NCBI RefSeq assembly: GCF_009834535.1
Contig: NC_045697.1
Location: 38,504,001-38,568,000, forward strand
Length of the DNA stretch: 64,000 nucleotides
Direction: 5' to 3'
Source: Camelus ferus
Lineage: Eukaryota
The number at the start of each line of letters is the position of its first letter. The first letter of the stretch is position 1. The notes below the pieces were generated by a model. That model worked only from the letters and a program-made list of their open reading frames with translations, made no database searches and was not told the DNA's origin. Position numbers and translations under genes: made by a program. Below are positions 1 to 11,404 of the stretch, one piece after another.

Positions 1-19
1 ACTTTAATTAAAAAAAAAA

Positions 20-530
20 GAGATCAACACCACCCAAAATACAATATATTAATATCCTTGATATGGTGCACTTTGAAGGACACACATCGTTTCTCTGGTA
101 TTTTTGCAAAAATGCATAACCTCAATCCAATCATGAGAAAATATCAGACAAACTCAAATTGGGAGGATATACCAAATACTGTGACTTGACTGGTACTCAT
201 CCCAGGTATCAAAGTATGAAAGATAAGGAAAGACTGAGGATCTGTCTCAGATTGGAGATTAAGGAGCCGTAACAACTAAACGGAGTGTGGGATCCTGGAT
301 TGGATCCTGGAACAGAAACGCGTCTTCAGGGGCAAAACTGGTGAAGCTTGAATAAAGCCAATAGTTTCGTTAAGAGTATTATAGCAATGTTAACTTTCTG
401 GCTTTGCTAATTGTGCTGTGATTGTGTATGTTGTTGATGTTAGAGAAAACGGAGTGAAAGGTATGTATGCACTGTAAAATTCTTGCAGCACTTGTGTAAA
501 TTTAAAATTATTTCAAAATTAAATATGAAA
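20..530 (+). mobile_element. Old L1 3' UTR fragment (L1MC-like)
   Basis: Recalled L1MC 3'-end motifs 'aatgcataacctcaatccaatcatgagaaaatatcagacaaactcaaatt' and 'gtgggatcctggattggatcctggaacagaaa'; ends in an A-rich tail. Confidence 0.8.
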
Positions 531-544
531 AAGAAGGAATTAAA

Positions 545-1925
545 ATACCATAGGTAAATAAAAAATATAATGAAAAGGTTTGGAAGATAAAGTTGAGGAA
601 AACTCTCAGAAGACAGAGGAAAAAAGACAAAGATAAAAAATTTAAGAAAGTTAGAATATCAGTACTGGAGGCCCAACAACCCAATCATAGGAGATGCACA
701 AAGGAGTAATGGAAGGAAGAAAGTCATCAAAGAAATATTTCACAGATTCCCAGAACTGGGGGCCATGAGCTTCTAAATTGAAAAGGCCCATTGAGCTCTC
801 AGCACAATAGATGCCAGTGGAGCCATAAGGAAGACTCCTGGTGTGACATGGCAAAATATCCAGGATAAAGAGAAGATCTTAAGAGCTTCTAGAGAGAATG
901 GCGAAACGTGTTACATACTTAAAGGTAAGAGAATCAGAATGGCACTGTTGGAACACAGAGACACAGTAAAGCAGTAGGAAGAATACAGTAAGGAAATGAA
1001 ACAATGCCGTCAAAATTCTGGAGGAAGTATTTTCACCCTAGGATTCTATCTTTTGGCAAACAGTGTATGAGGGTAGAATAAATACATTTTCAGGCATTCA
1101 AGGTTTCAAAAATTTTACTTCCCAGGAAGTTACTGGAAGATACGCTTCATCTAAGTGAGGTTGTCAAAAAAGATAGAAAAACACGAAAAGCAAGAAAATA
1201 ATAGATTTAACACAAAAAATGAGGCAAAGGGAATCTTCAGGACGATGGTGAAGGAACGTCTCAAGATGAGAGCTTTGCTGGAGGCCTGGGGGAAATAGTC
1301 CAGATTTGAGCAGATCAGAAATATTGGAGGCGGTGTCTCCCGGAGGATGAAATTGACAGAATTCTTGATTCAGCTCGTGAAGAGAAGTTGTAGACACTTT
1401 GTGGAGAATTTTCAAAATAATTGGTGTTAAATACGTTTAAAAAAAAACAAAAAAAATAAGTCAGTCCCTGAAGGTGGGGTTAAGGTGGGAATAGGAGTTT
1501 TTCAAGGAAAGAAGAATTATTAGCGTACCACGTGGCTCAGCAGTAAATAGCATTTATGCGATGATAATGTAGACTTCGAATATAGAACTGTTCAAAAAGA
1601 TGGTATAACTATAGTGGGAGGATGAGAAGTGGGGGTGTGTGCATGTGGCTTGGGAGGAGGGTTGATTTCCATAATGGGAAAGCAAAAGATAATAAACTCT
1701 TATAGCTAAAAAAAATCAAGAGTAGCAACATAGCTTTGCCTTTGAAGATACAGAGATCAGTGCCAAAAGAAACAACGAAGTCTGAATGTGGTTGCCTCTA
1801 GGAAGTGGGAAAAATGGGATGGGAAGACACTGCTTGTGTAATGAGCCGTGCAGAACTATTTGATTCTTTAAACTGCCTGTATGTGTAACTTTGGTGTCAA
1901 GGAAACATAAATATAAAAAAGGAAA
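545..1925 (+). mobile_element. HAL1 (Half-L1)-like element, decayed ORF1-like region and 3' end
   Basis: ORF1-like purine-rich tract ('ggaagataaagttgaggaaaactctcag', 'gataaagagaagatcttaagagcttctagag', 'tgagggtagaataaatacattttcaggc') runs with no ORF2 into a HAL1-type end 'gaactatttgattctttaaactgcctgtatgtgtaactttg'. Confidence 0.7.
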
Positions 1926-3494
1926 GCAAGTAAATAAAAGTGAAAACTAGTGCCCCAAATAGAAGTTATTTGAGAAGTTTAAAATATGTAATTTGCCCGA
2001 AGAAGTGAATTTTTTATGGTCCCGAGTGGCAACCATAAGACTAAAGAAAAGAACGATGAAAAGCAGCTGAAGGATTTGTTAGAGGCACCGACTTTGTGTA
2101 CATGACAATTTGCCAGTTGTCCTGGTTACCTAAACCTTCTTCAAAACCTTTTGTTTTCTTTGAGGAAAAAAAGACACTCATAGGCTAACATAGAAATTGC
2201 ACCTAAACCATATTGTTTGAAATCCATGTTTAACACAGTCCTTTGCTCTCCTTCACCCCCATTTCTTCTGGCCAGCGGGGGTCGGGCATAGTGTTTGTTT
2301 GTATTGGGGTCCTGGTTTTTTAAGTTAGTTTCAATTTTAGTAATTAAGCTAAGTTAATCTTCGGTTTGAAAATACAGCCACTGTGACTAACGGTTTTCGA
2401 TCTAAGACAAAAAAAAAAAAATCCTAGATAGACTTAAGTGGGTCTGTCTATCTGTTAGAGTCTGGTTATAATGTTGCAAACAGTGTATTAAGGTCACTGC
2501 GATCTTAATGTGGACTTTGTTCTAATAGCTTGATTCGATTAGCTAAGTTGCTGTATTAATAAAAATCCTTGTTTCTAAGTTTGTTGTTTTAAATTTTTGT
2601 TTTTATCTTTTTTATTTGACAGAATTTACTGCCTTATTGTTCTGATTAGTCCACTGTCTGTTGTTCTAGTGTGTGATGATAAATAAAAATATCAGTTATC
2701 TTTTGTTGTTGATCTTTTCCAAGTGCTAAAATAGAGGTCATTTGACACCCACTGTTGTACCAGTTTAACTGACAAATGCAAGATAACTGTGATGTGAAGT
2801 GACAGGCAGTAAGCCTTTTTCCTAGTTTGCAAAAAGCTATTCGGAGATTTAATTGAAAAAAACAAAATTCTTTTCCATGGGATGTTTTTAGCGATCATAG
2901 AAGTGTTTCATTGGAGGCCATGGGAAGGTATTTCTGCACATTATTCCACTTAAAAATAATCTTTTTCGATGCATTTTTAGAGGAGAAATGAAGTTGCTAA
3001 GACAATTGAACAAAATTTGTTAGTTTTTATTGCCCTTTGAAAGGCGTGTGAATCCCTTCTGTCTCATCTTGGCCTCCCCCACCACTCCCCAGTGCCCTGT
3101 TGGCACCTGTCATAGCATTTATCTCATGATATACAGACCTGTTATCTCTTTACTTCTTGTACCAGACTATAAGCCTCTCAGTCTTCTATTCTTTGTGGTA
3201 CCTTCAGTGACTAGCACTGTGCCTGGGGATGAAATTAAACAAGTACTTTACAATTTAAATTTTTACAAAAAGGGATTCTTTTCTATGAACAGATCACAGT
3301 AGGCATTTTCCATACTGGACATCTCCAAAGCCTTTCTTATGTAAGTAAAAGCACTGGAGGCCCTCCATAATAAATTTCAGAAAAGATTCCCTTCCTTCTA
3401 AAGACTCCCATCTCCCTTCTAAAAAAAATTTACCTCTCATGGAGGATCGTTGAAGTCCAAAAATGTGTATTGAGTATAGGACCATTTTGGAATA

Positions 3495-3915
3495 TGTCCA
3501 GCTATAAATAACCAAAATCCTAAAAGTGGCTTAAGCAAGTAAGGCTGTTATTTGTCTCACATAATGAAATGTCTGGGGTGTACAAACCGTGGCTGATCTG
3601 GTGGCTCTGTGATGTTGCCATGGACTTGGGTTCCTTCTCTTCTTATGTTCCTCCTTGTAGATCTTGTTCTCATACTTGTCAGTAGGTGTCCATCCCATCC
3701 CCAGGTGTTGTCTGCACATTTCAGGCAAGAAGAAGGGGAAGAAGGGCAAAGGGCTGACGGGCATCCAAGAGAATCCAGCCCCTTTAACAGATGTTCATAA
3801 GGGCAGTCCATTGACTCTACTTACACCTCATTTGCCAGAAATGGGTCATGGCTGTGCATAGCTGCAAGGGAGCCTGGGAAGATAAGTATTTAGCTTTGCA
3901 GCATCTGTAGGAAGG
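3495..3915 (-). mobile_element. Old MaLR LTR (MLT1J/K/L-like)
   Basis: 'agtggcttaagcaagtaaggctgttatttgtctcacataa' and 'gggtcatggctgtgcatagctgcaagggagcctgggaa' are typical of antisense old MLT1. Confidence 0.7.
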
Positions 3916-4027
3916 TGAGGAATAAGTAGATTGTGAATGATTTTTGGGTAGTCCAACTATGAAATACATTTCAGAAAACATATCTTCCTTTAAATATTTC
4001 TTTCTCTTTTCAAAACTTTTCTCGAGC

Positions 4028-4361
4028 ACTAATTTTGAAACTGGAGGGCAAGATTCATTAAATGGTCATAAACGTCAGTCTAGTCCATTGCTATGATTAT
4101 TAAAAAGAATGAAATAGAGTAAAATAGAAAAGAATAGAGAATATCAGAGTGTATCTTAACTTTTTTTTTACTTTTTTTATTGAGTTATAGTCTCAGTTAC
4201 AATGTTCAGAGTGTATCTTAACCTGATTAGGGCAAGTGTTTGTGAAACACTTGTTTCATTTAAATATTTCTATTTATATGTAGTATATGTGTTCTGGGGC
4301 ACAATGTAAAATACTTCTTACCTGTGCATTCTAGTTAAAAAAAAAACATCGAAAGCCATTG
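4028..4361. mobile_element. Non-autonomous hAT-Charlie-type DNA transposon (subfamily uncertain)
   Basis: Decayed hAT-like termini ('ttttgaaactg' and 'gaaagccattg'); internal 'aatagagaatatcagagtgtatc' and 'aatgtaaaatacttcttacctgtg'. Confidence 0.55.
4161..4205 (-). mobile_element. 45-bp extreme 3' end of young L1 with 17-bp TSD
   Basis: T-rich tract plus 'attgagttatagtctcagttacaatgt', flanked by exact repeat tcagagtgtatcttaac at 4144-4160 and 4206-4222. Confidence 0.85.
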
Positions 4362-5010
4362 TTCTGGAGAATCATTGATTTTTCCAAGTATTTATTTATT
4401 ATTACAAGGAATATGATGATCTTATATGAGATAAAGCATGTGCATCAGTGTTTGTAATCCGGGAAGAAAGCTGTATGTGCTATAAAAGATACTGATTAAA
4501 AAAAACGCTGTGGAAGGTCACTGGAGTTCAAGTTATAGTAATTCTAACCCCTGGAGGGGGTGGGGGTGGGGTGAGCAGAGGTCCAGAAAGATCTCTGAAG
4601 GGAGTGTGGCATTTGAACTGAGACTTGAAGCATCAGAGGGCTCTCCTTTTTCGCTGTTCCTGTAAAGCACTGAGCATTGTTCACACCTGTGTTAGAGCTG
4701 CTCATGCCTATTTAAGAACACAATGTTTTAGAGCTATAAAAATTTTAAAAGTACTTTTATTTCACTCTGGACCTATTCATTTTGCCTTAAAAAAAAAAAA
4801 AGACTGCATTTTCTAAATCCCAGAATATTAGGGTGACTTTTGGACAAATCGTCTTTACCTCCAGATCTCAGATAATAATTAATGTTCTTATCTTACTGGA
4901 AAAAAATATGATCATGTATGTACTCCTTTATTTTTCCAGTGAGATAATGGCAAAGCCTTTATAGAAATAGAAGATTGGTGTTGCCAGTGAAATAGAGCAA
5001 AGTTCATTCT

Positions 5011-5011
5011 T

Positions 5012-5083
<72 letters not shown>

Positions 5084-5160
5084 TGGAGGTACTGGGGATT
5101 GAACCCAGGAGCTCCTGCATGCTAAGCAGGCACTCTACCACTGAACTATTTCTCTCCCCC
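5011..5160 (-). mobile_element. vic-1-type tRNA-Ala SINE with expanded (TTTA)~18 tail
   Basis: Antisense tRNA-Ala head 'tggaggtactggggattgaacccagga...gctaagc...ctctaccactgaactat'; pure TTTA array at 5011-5082. Confidence 0.9.
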
Positions 5161-6639
5161 TAAGCATAGTTTGTTTTAAAATCGAAGTTTAGGAATCTAG
5201 ACTCAGTTTTAGTGTTGGAAGATGCTTCAGAGATAGGTGGTCCACCCTCACCCAACTTGCACTGAGAAAGTGGAGATTCAAAGATGTTAAAGTAATGAAG
5301 CATAAACCAGGAACGCAACCGGAGTTGTTGACTTTCGAGCCATTGCTGTTTGTTTCACTATTTCTCCAGTTAGCAACTTTGAGAGGGATGAGGAAGTGAG
5401 AACCCGAGAGAAAGCTATTTCAGGACCGTCTCTTCTTGTTAGAAACAAAATGATTTCATACCTTGCAAATTATGTGATACTAATGTAGCCAGAACCATCA
5501 GAGTTAATTGTTTTCATCCCTACTGCTCTATTCCTCTGGTCAGCATTCTCTGTTTTACTGACTGGTTTTACAGTCACTAGAATTCTGAGGCTACTGCTGA
5601 GGATACAGTGACCCATTTTCAGAATCCAAAACATCAGCTCATCTGTCTCCTTGCCAGTCAGTGTTAGGTGTTGGCAGCGCTGTGCTTTCCTCTGCCTGCA
5701 CTCTTGAATAATTGCTTTAACCATCAAGCTTAGTCATATTCTCTGTCTGGAAGGTGATAAGTTGTACCAGTTCCAGCCTATCAGAGATTATAATAAATGT
5801 TCTTTCTCCTGTGGGTACGTGGATCTTATCCAGTTCCATGAATGACACCACTTCTGCTCTTTGACTCAGGAAGCCTAGCACTGATGTTCTGGTTTCATAA
5901 TAGCACTGGGGAAAAGAACTTTTGTAAGAAGGAAATGAATGGAACCAATTTTATCCAGAGCCTAGACATGGCAGGATAAACCCTATGTAGACAGCCATTG
6001 TGGGCATCATGGTCTTCATTTCTATGGGGCAGACATTCTTGCCTTCCTTTTACAAGGTCGGAGTCAGTAACAGAGCTGTAATTGAATCCCAGGTCCTTCT
6101 GATTCCTGTGTCCTGCTCAGTGGTGATCATATAGGACATAGAGAAGGATCTTTGCTTAAGAGTAGGTTTCTTAAAAGGACTGGATATTTACACTCTCTGC
6201 TGCAGTAATTTCAGTTCTCATCACCAAGTTTGTCAAGCCTGCCCTATCTTTTTTTAGCCTCCTTATTGTAAGTAAACTTAAGCAGTTTAAAAATATGTGC
6301 CATAACACATCTTCCTGTTTTGACTTTTTCCAAGTGACTGGATTTTTAATTTTTAAAATTGCTTTTTCATAAAAACAGCAATACTTTTTGAATATTGAAA
6401 CAGCTAAAATGAAGCCTGTCCTCTGTATCATTTGTTTCTATTCTACTGACAGATTTTCATCATTAATGGCAGTGGACACATGTCATGCCATTATGATGAG
6501 AGACATCGACCATACGCTAATCATCAACTGGACCAGAAGGGACCGCAGAGGTCACCTTGCGCCCCTCCTTATTTTGCCTACAATCCAGATTATCCCTTTT
6601 CTTGTCCTGCATGCTCCTGAGTTCTTTCTTTTGTTTGTT

Positions 6640-6835
6640 TGTTCATTCATTGATATATTCATTCATTAAAACACTACTGAGTATCTACCACACGCTAAGT
6701 ACTGGTTTGGGTTCCGAGGCTGTAGTGATGAAAACAGTACATTTTTTGACTTCAAAGTGCCTACAAATCTAAGGGGAGAAACAGACTCCCACTTGGCTAA
6801 TTATGATACAGGCTGATAAGTGAAGTAATGGAGCC
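6640..6835 (-). mobile_element. L2 3' end
   Basis: 'tcattcatt...cattcattaaaacactactgagtatctacc' is the antisense L2 tail. Confidence 0.7.
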
Positions 6836-7297
6836 ATAAACCATGGAAGTTTTGAGCACATCTTGGTTAGTTCTGCCCTAAAACATTTTCATCCTTTGTT
6901 GTAGTGGATGATTAGGAAACCTAGGGTTTTGTTTTATTTTTTGTTCATGGAGTCTTGAACTGTTTAAAGTAGGAAAGAATCAGAGACCTCGGGTTGTTAC
7001 TAATATCAACAGGGAAAGAATACAAGAGTGCAATTTCCTTCAATGCAGTAACTTCTCAATCAAGTTCTTTTACAGAGTGATGATTGTATGTACATAATCA
7101 GAGAATATACTGAGTCTGTATTTATTATATAGTGAATTTTGTTTTACTCAAATCAACAAAATACTCTTTATATGGGCCATCCTTTGGGAAATTAAAATAG
7201 AAGTTAAAAACATATTAACAATACAGCCAGTGTTTATTAAGTTCTTGCTGTATGGCCAGAATTCTGGTAAGTTCTGTGGTGGATTCATCATCACCAT

Positions 7298-7540
7298 CAT
7301 AGTAGCTAACATTTATTGAGTGCTTTCTCTGTGCCAGACACTGTGCAAAGCACTTTTCACATGTCATCTCATCTGCTTCTCAGAAAAACCAAACATAGTG
7401 GTTACTGCAAGATCCTCATTATACAGGTGAGGAAACTGAGGCCCAGAGAGGTTATGTAACTTACCCATGATCACCCAGCTCCTGAGTGGCAGAGTTAGGA
7501 CTGTCTGTCACAGAGCCCATGCTCTTAGCAGCTACTCTGA
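7298..7540 (-). mobile_element. MIR
   Basis: MIR core 'acaggtgaggaaactgaggcccagagaggttatgtaacttacccatgatcacccagct'. Confidence 0.9.
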
Positions 7541-7659
7541 ATGAAAGAAGTAAAAGACAGCAACCTGTAGTTTAGGGAAGTTCATGCTTTTTCGTGACAA
7601 GGTAAAATTGTAAGGAATAACGTTGAGACCATATATAATCAAGTTCCATTCTTAGTCTT

Positions 7660-7950
7660 TTCACTGACACATACTCTCTGTAGCCAGTCTCATCCAGCTG
7701 GGTGATTCTAATTCCCATCTCTCAGCTGATGACTTCTCAAGCTCTCCCAGCAAGCCCCACCTCTCTTATGATTGCAGACCTGCTTTTCCAGCTTCTGCTG
7801 GACATCTGCATATTGTTGTCCCATAGGCATCTCACACCCATTGGGTCTAAAAATTAGCTTATGAACTGATCATATCTGCTCATTCTGTTTCAGAGTTTGT
7901 TAACCGCATCACTGTCTACGCCATTCTCCAAAGCACAGCTGTCCCGATGG
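7660..7950 (+). mobile_element. L2 internal fragment
   Basis: 'agctgatgacttctcaa' and 'ctgctggacatctgcat' resemble L2 RT-region sequence. Confidence 0.6.
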
Positions 7951-8186
7951 TGCCCTTCTTTTTTTCCACCATCCTGTAGCTGATTGCACTTTAATCCACC
8001 ATTTTCACTGTGCCCGTTTATCTGAGACATTCTGATTTCAGGATCTGGCGGTAAAATTAATTAAATAGATTTCCATGAAGATGAAACTGTTCAAAATGAT
8101 CACACTGCTTGAATGTGAAGAAAATGTCCATGCAAAATCAGCTTTCACTGTTTATATATTTAATTCCGACATATGTGTCAGAATTC

Positions 8187-8422
8187 TTTTTTTTTTTTTT
8201 TTTGTATTGTAGTCAGTTTACAGTGTTGCATCAACTTCTGGTGTACAGCATAATGTTCCAGTCATACGTGTACATCCATATATTCCTTTTGGTATATTTC
8301 ATTATAGATTCCTACAAAATATTGAATATAGTTCCCTCTGCCATACAGTATAAACTTGTTTATCTATTTTATGTATCTATTTTATCTATATAAAATTCGT
8401 TATATATAAAAATTTGCTAGCA
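8187..8422 (-). mobile_element. Young 5'-truncated L1 3' end, 8-bp TSD
   Basis: Poly(T), then 'ctggtgtacagcataatgttccagtcat...attgaatatagttccctctgccatacag'; cagaattc repeated at 8179-8186 and 8423-8430. Confidence 0.9.
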
Positions 8423-9436
8423 CAGAATTCAGTCTTGATTTCAAAGTAGTTGAGGTTTAGATCTCGCTGAGTTAATTCTCTTAGTTCCTGTAGTACTTTG
8501 TATCTCTGTGCTCTCACTGGTCACATTTTCATAATTATTTGTTTATATTTACTGTTCTGTTGAATAGCAGAGAGTCTGGTCCTGTGTCTTTGAAGCCCAG
8601 CCACCACCAGCAAGCACAGTGCCAGACACAGCAAACGTTTACTAATGTTTGCTATTTGAAGGGATGACTCACAATAATTTTAAAACTGAAAACCACAAAT
8701 AAGCTAGGGAAGCATAATTTACTTTTTGAAGAAGTTATCAAGTTGCTCTTTATTAGTAAGCTATCAGTCAAATAATTTTAGAAAATCTTAGCCTTCTTCA
8801 CATCAATTTACACGGTGCAAGTTGTTAAATCTCAGGATATACAGTGTTTCTCCTTAAGAATCTTGAGTGGCTGCTCATTACCTACTAATCAAGTGTCCTT
8901 TCAACTCTGATTATGAAGCTCTGGTCCATGATTTCCTACCTGAAGGATCCTAAAATCTGATGTGAAGGTAGATACTATGCCACAGTAATGAGGAGAGTGG
9001 TTATAAATATTCACGTGTGAACCATGACTCAGTAGCATTAATGCCAGCAATTAGCAGTTTGGGTTTTGTTTCATATTTTATGAAAGACAGTTATCTATCT
9101 GATTTGGGTTGTCCTGCCCTTTTAAAAACATGTTTGGTTTATACGTATGAATATCACAAAATAACCCAGAGATTTGTCTGTTCTTGCATTTGACAGCTAG
9201 AACACGACCAGTCAGTGCTGCTGGTTCTGATACTTATCCTCAAGGTCTTGGGTTTTTTAATACTGCTAAGTGATTAATTGCAACACAGAAGAGTATCAAA
9301 GACAATGGCATACTGACTGTATCTAACCAGAGATGGATAATTTTTTAACACTCCCTTTATACAGAATCATTACTTTTGTTAACCATTTAATAACAGAAAC
9401 AAGCATTATTTTCTATATAATAGTTATTATTATAGT

Positions 9437-9578
9437 ATGTCAATTTCTGGTGTACAGCATAATGTTTCAGTCATACGTATACATACGTATATTCATTTTC
9501 ATGTTCTTTTTCGTTATAGGTTACTACAAGATATTGAATATAGTTCCCTGTGCTATACAGAAGAAGTTTTTTAATCTG
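9437..9578 (-). mobile_element. Young L1 3' UTR piece lacking terminus and tail
   Basis: Close match to the L1 copies at 8.2 and 42.8 kb ('gttactacaagatattgaatatagttccctgtgctatacagaagaa'); no poly(T). Confidence 0.85.
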
Positions 9579-10997
9579 TTATTATTTAGTTTTAAAAAAC
9601 AGTTATAAACAATAACAAATTGCAACTTTAAAGATATTCTTTATATTCATTAAAGTATTTCCTATATAAAATAAACGTTATGCTTACCAAAAAAAAAATA
9701 CTGCACCTTGCAAGTCTCACTGTTTGAAATACAAATTAAAAACTTCAGATGGTCACATAAATGACAGAAATGAAGTAACTAAAATTCTGTTTCTTCGTAT
9801 GACAGTCACTGGACTGTCAGTGTTTATTTGAATCTGCTGTTTCAGTGCAGGAATCTGTGGCAGGACAGGGGTTATACGAACCCCCTGTGAAGCCAGATTG
9901 CACAATTCTGAACCATCACCAATTCATTTACTCTGAAAATGAATATTTGTAGCTGAATCTGCTTCCATGGATGTGTAAATGGGCGTTCACCAAGCTTAAC
10001 TTTCATGGAGAGTAAATGCTTGTTAGAGTTAAAGAATTAGGAATGTGCTAATTTGAAGCTTACATGTATATTATTATACGGTGTAACAGTCACTGAAGTA
10101 GTTATTTAGAATTTAGAGTAACAAAAGATTTTTGGGAGGAGGAATATTTTACCACTGACATTGTTTCGAATTGCCAGCGCATGATGATAATAAAATGTAC
10201 ACTGAGTTTTGGTTAGTTTATCCACGCTTTTAAATTCTCTCCAGACATCCTATGGCCCCGTTGTCGCTACTGGAGCAGACCCCTCCCACCACCTGCACTT
10301 CAGACATCACTGATTGTACTGAATTGCTTTGATTTCTCCTTCATGGGTCCATACATGGTCATCTGCGCTGACAAACCTAGGTCATACATTTCTGCAGGTG
10401 GAGCCTGACCTCTGTCCTGGTTTCAGTCATCTTCCGCTGCATGCATTATCTCCCACCGTCTTCCCTTCTGATCTTCATTCCTTGTCCTCAGTAACCTCAG
10501 CAATTTCACCAAACCTGTGCTCTCAGAGAAGAGGCAGGAGGCCATCCTTTTTATTAAGCTTTAGCTTTGTTATATTTCAAAATCTCAATAGCAGAAAACG
10601 TTATTGGTGAGTCAACTTGATTTGCATTTTCCAGCCCTGCTTATGCTGGTCTGACGTTATATCCGCAGATGAATATCAGTGATGTATTGCCTTGAAGACA
10701 AAATGTGTTTCCAAATAAATTGGTTCACAAAAGGGCAGCTGGGGTGACTTCTCGCTATTCTGCATCTCAGTATCTGTTTTGGTCAATTAATATGAAGGAA
10801 CATATTGTTTTCTCAAACTGTAATTAGTGTAAATGTGTCACCACCAAATGCCACATCCATTAAATTTTAGGAAATCTGGAATGGTATTAAAGTGTTTAAT
10901 AGCTATCAAAGTTAGTGTCTTATGTGAGATTTTCAACAGCAGTAGAGTAGAAGTCATCATAGATTTATTTTTAATGTGATCAGTTGATGAACGTTGT

Positions 10998-11212
10998 GAA
11001 TAGCTACCATTCGCTGATGGCTTACTATGTGTGAAGCACTGTTCTAAGTCCTTCAGATGGCTTTGCTGAGGTAGGTACTCTTATTATTCCCATTTTATAG
11101 ATTAGGAAACTGAGGCAGAGAGATCAAGCAATTTTTTCTATATCGTGCAGCTAGGCAGAGTTGGGATTCTAGTCTGGGCCATCTGGCTCCAGACACCACT
11201 GTGTTAACCACA
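10998..11212 (-). mobile_element. MIR
   Basis: 'ttattcccattttatagattaggaaactgaggcagagag'. Confidence 0.85.
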
Positions 11213-11404
11213 GCAATCTCAGTGGTACTTAAAAGGACCATGGGGTTATCACCTAGTTCTAGAAATACCAGAACCTAGCAGGCATTTAGTAAACGGTTAC
11301 TGAAATGAAATCAGTTATACGTAAGTCCAGAATCTGAACACGTCCTGACTAACCACAGTTTGTTCATACCTATAACTAATAAGTGCTTCCTTACTTTAAA
11401 AAAA

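Noticed and set aside
2335..2360. Mitochondrial insertion (aattaagctaag resembles the mt tRNA-Ala region)
   Set aside because: Only about 12 nt match and the flanks do not follow mtDNA.
8630..8653. Hairpin agcaaacgtt/aatgtttgct
   Set aside because: Short, and lies in a decayed L2 tail; likely chance.
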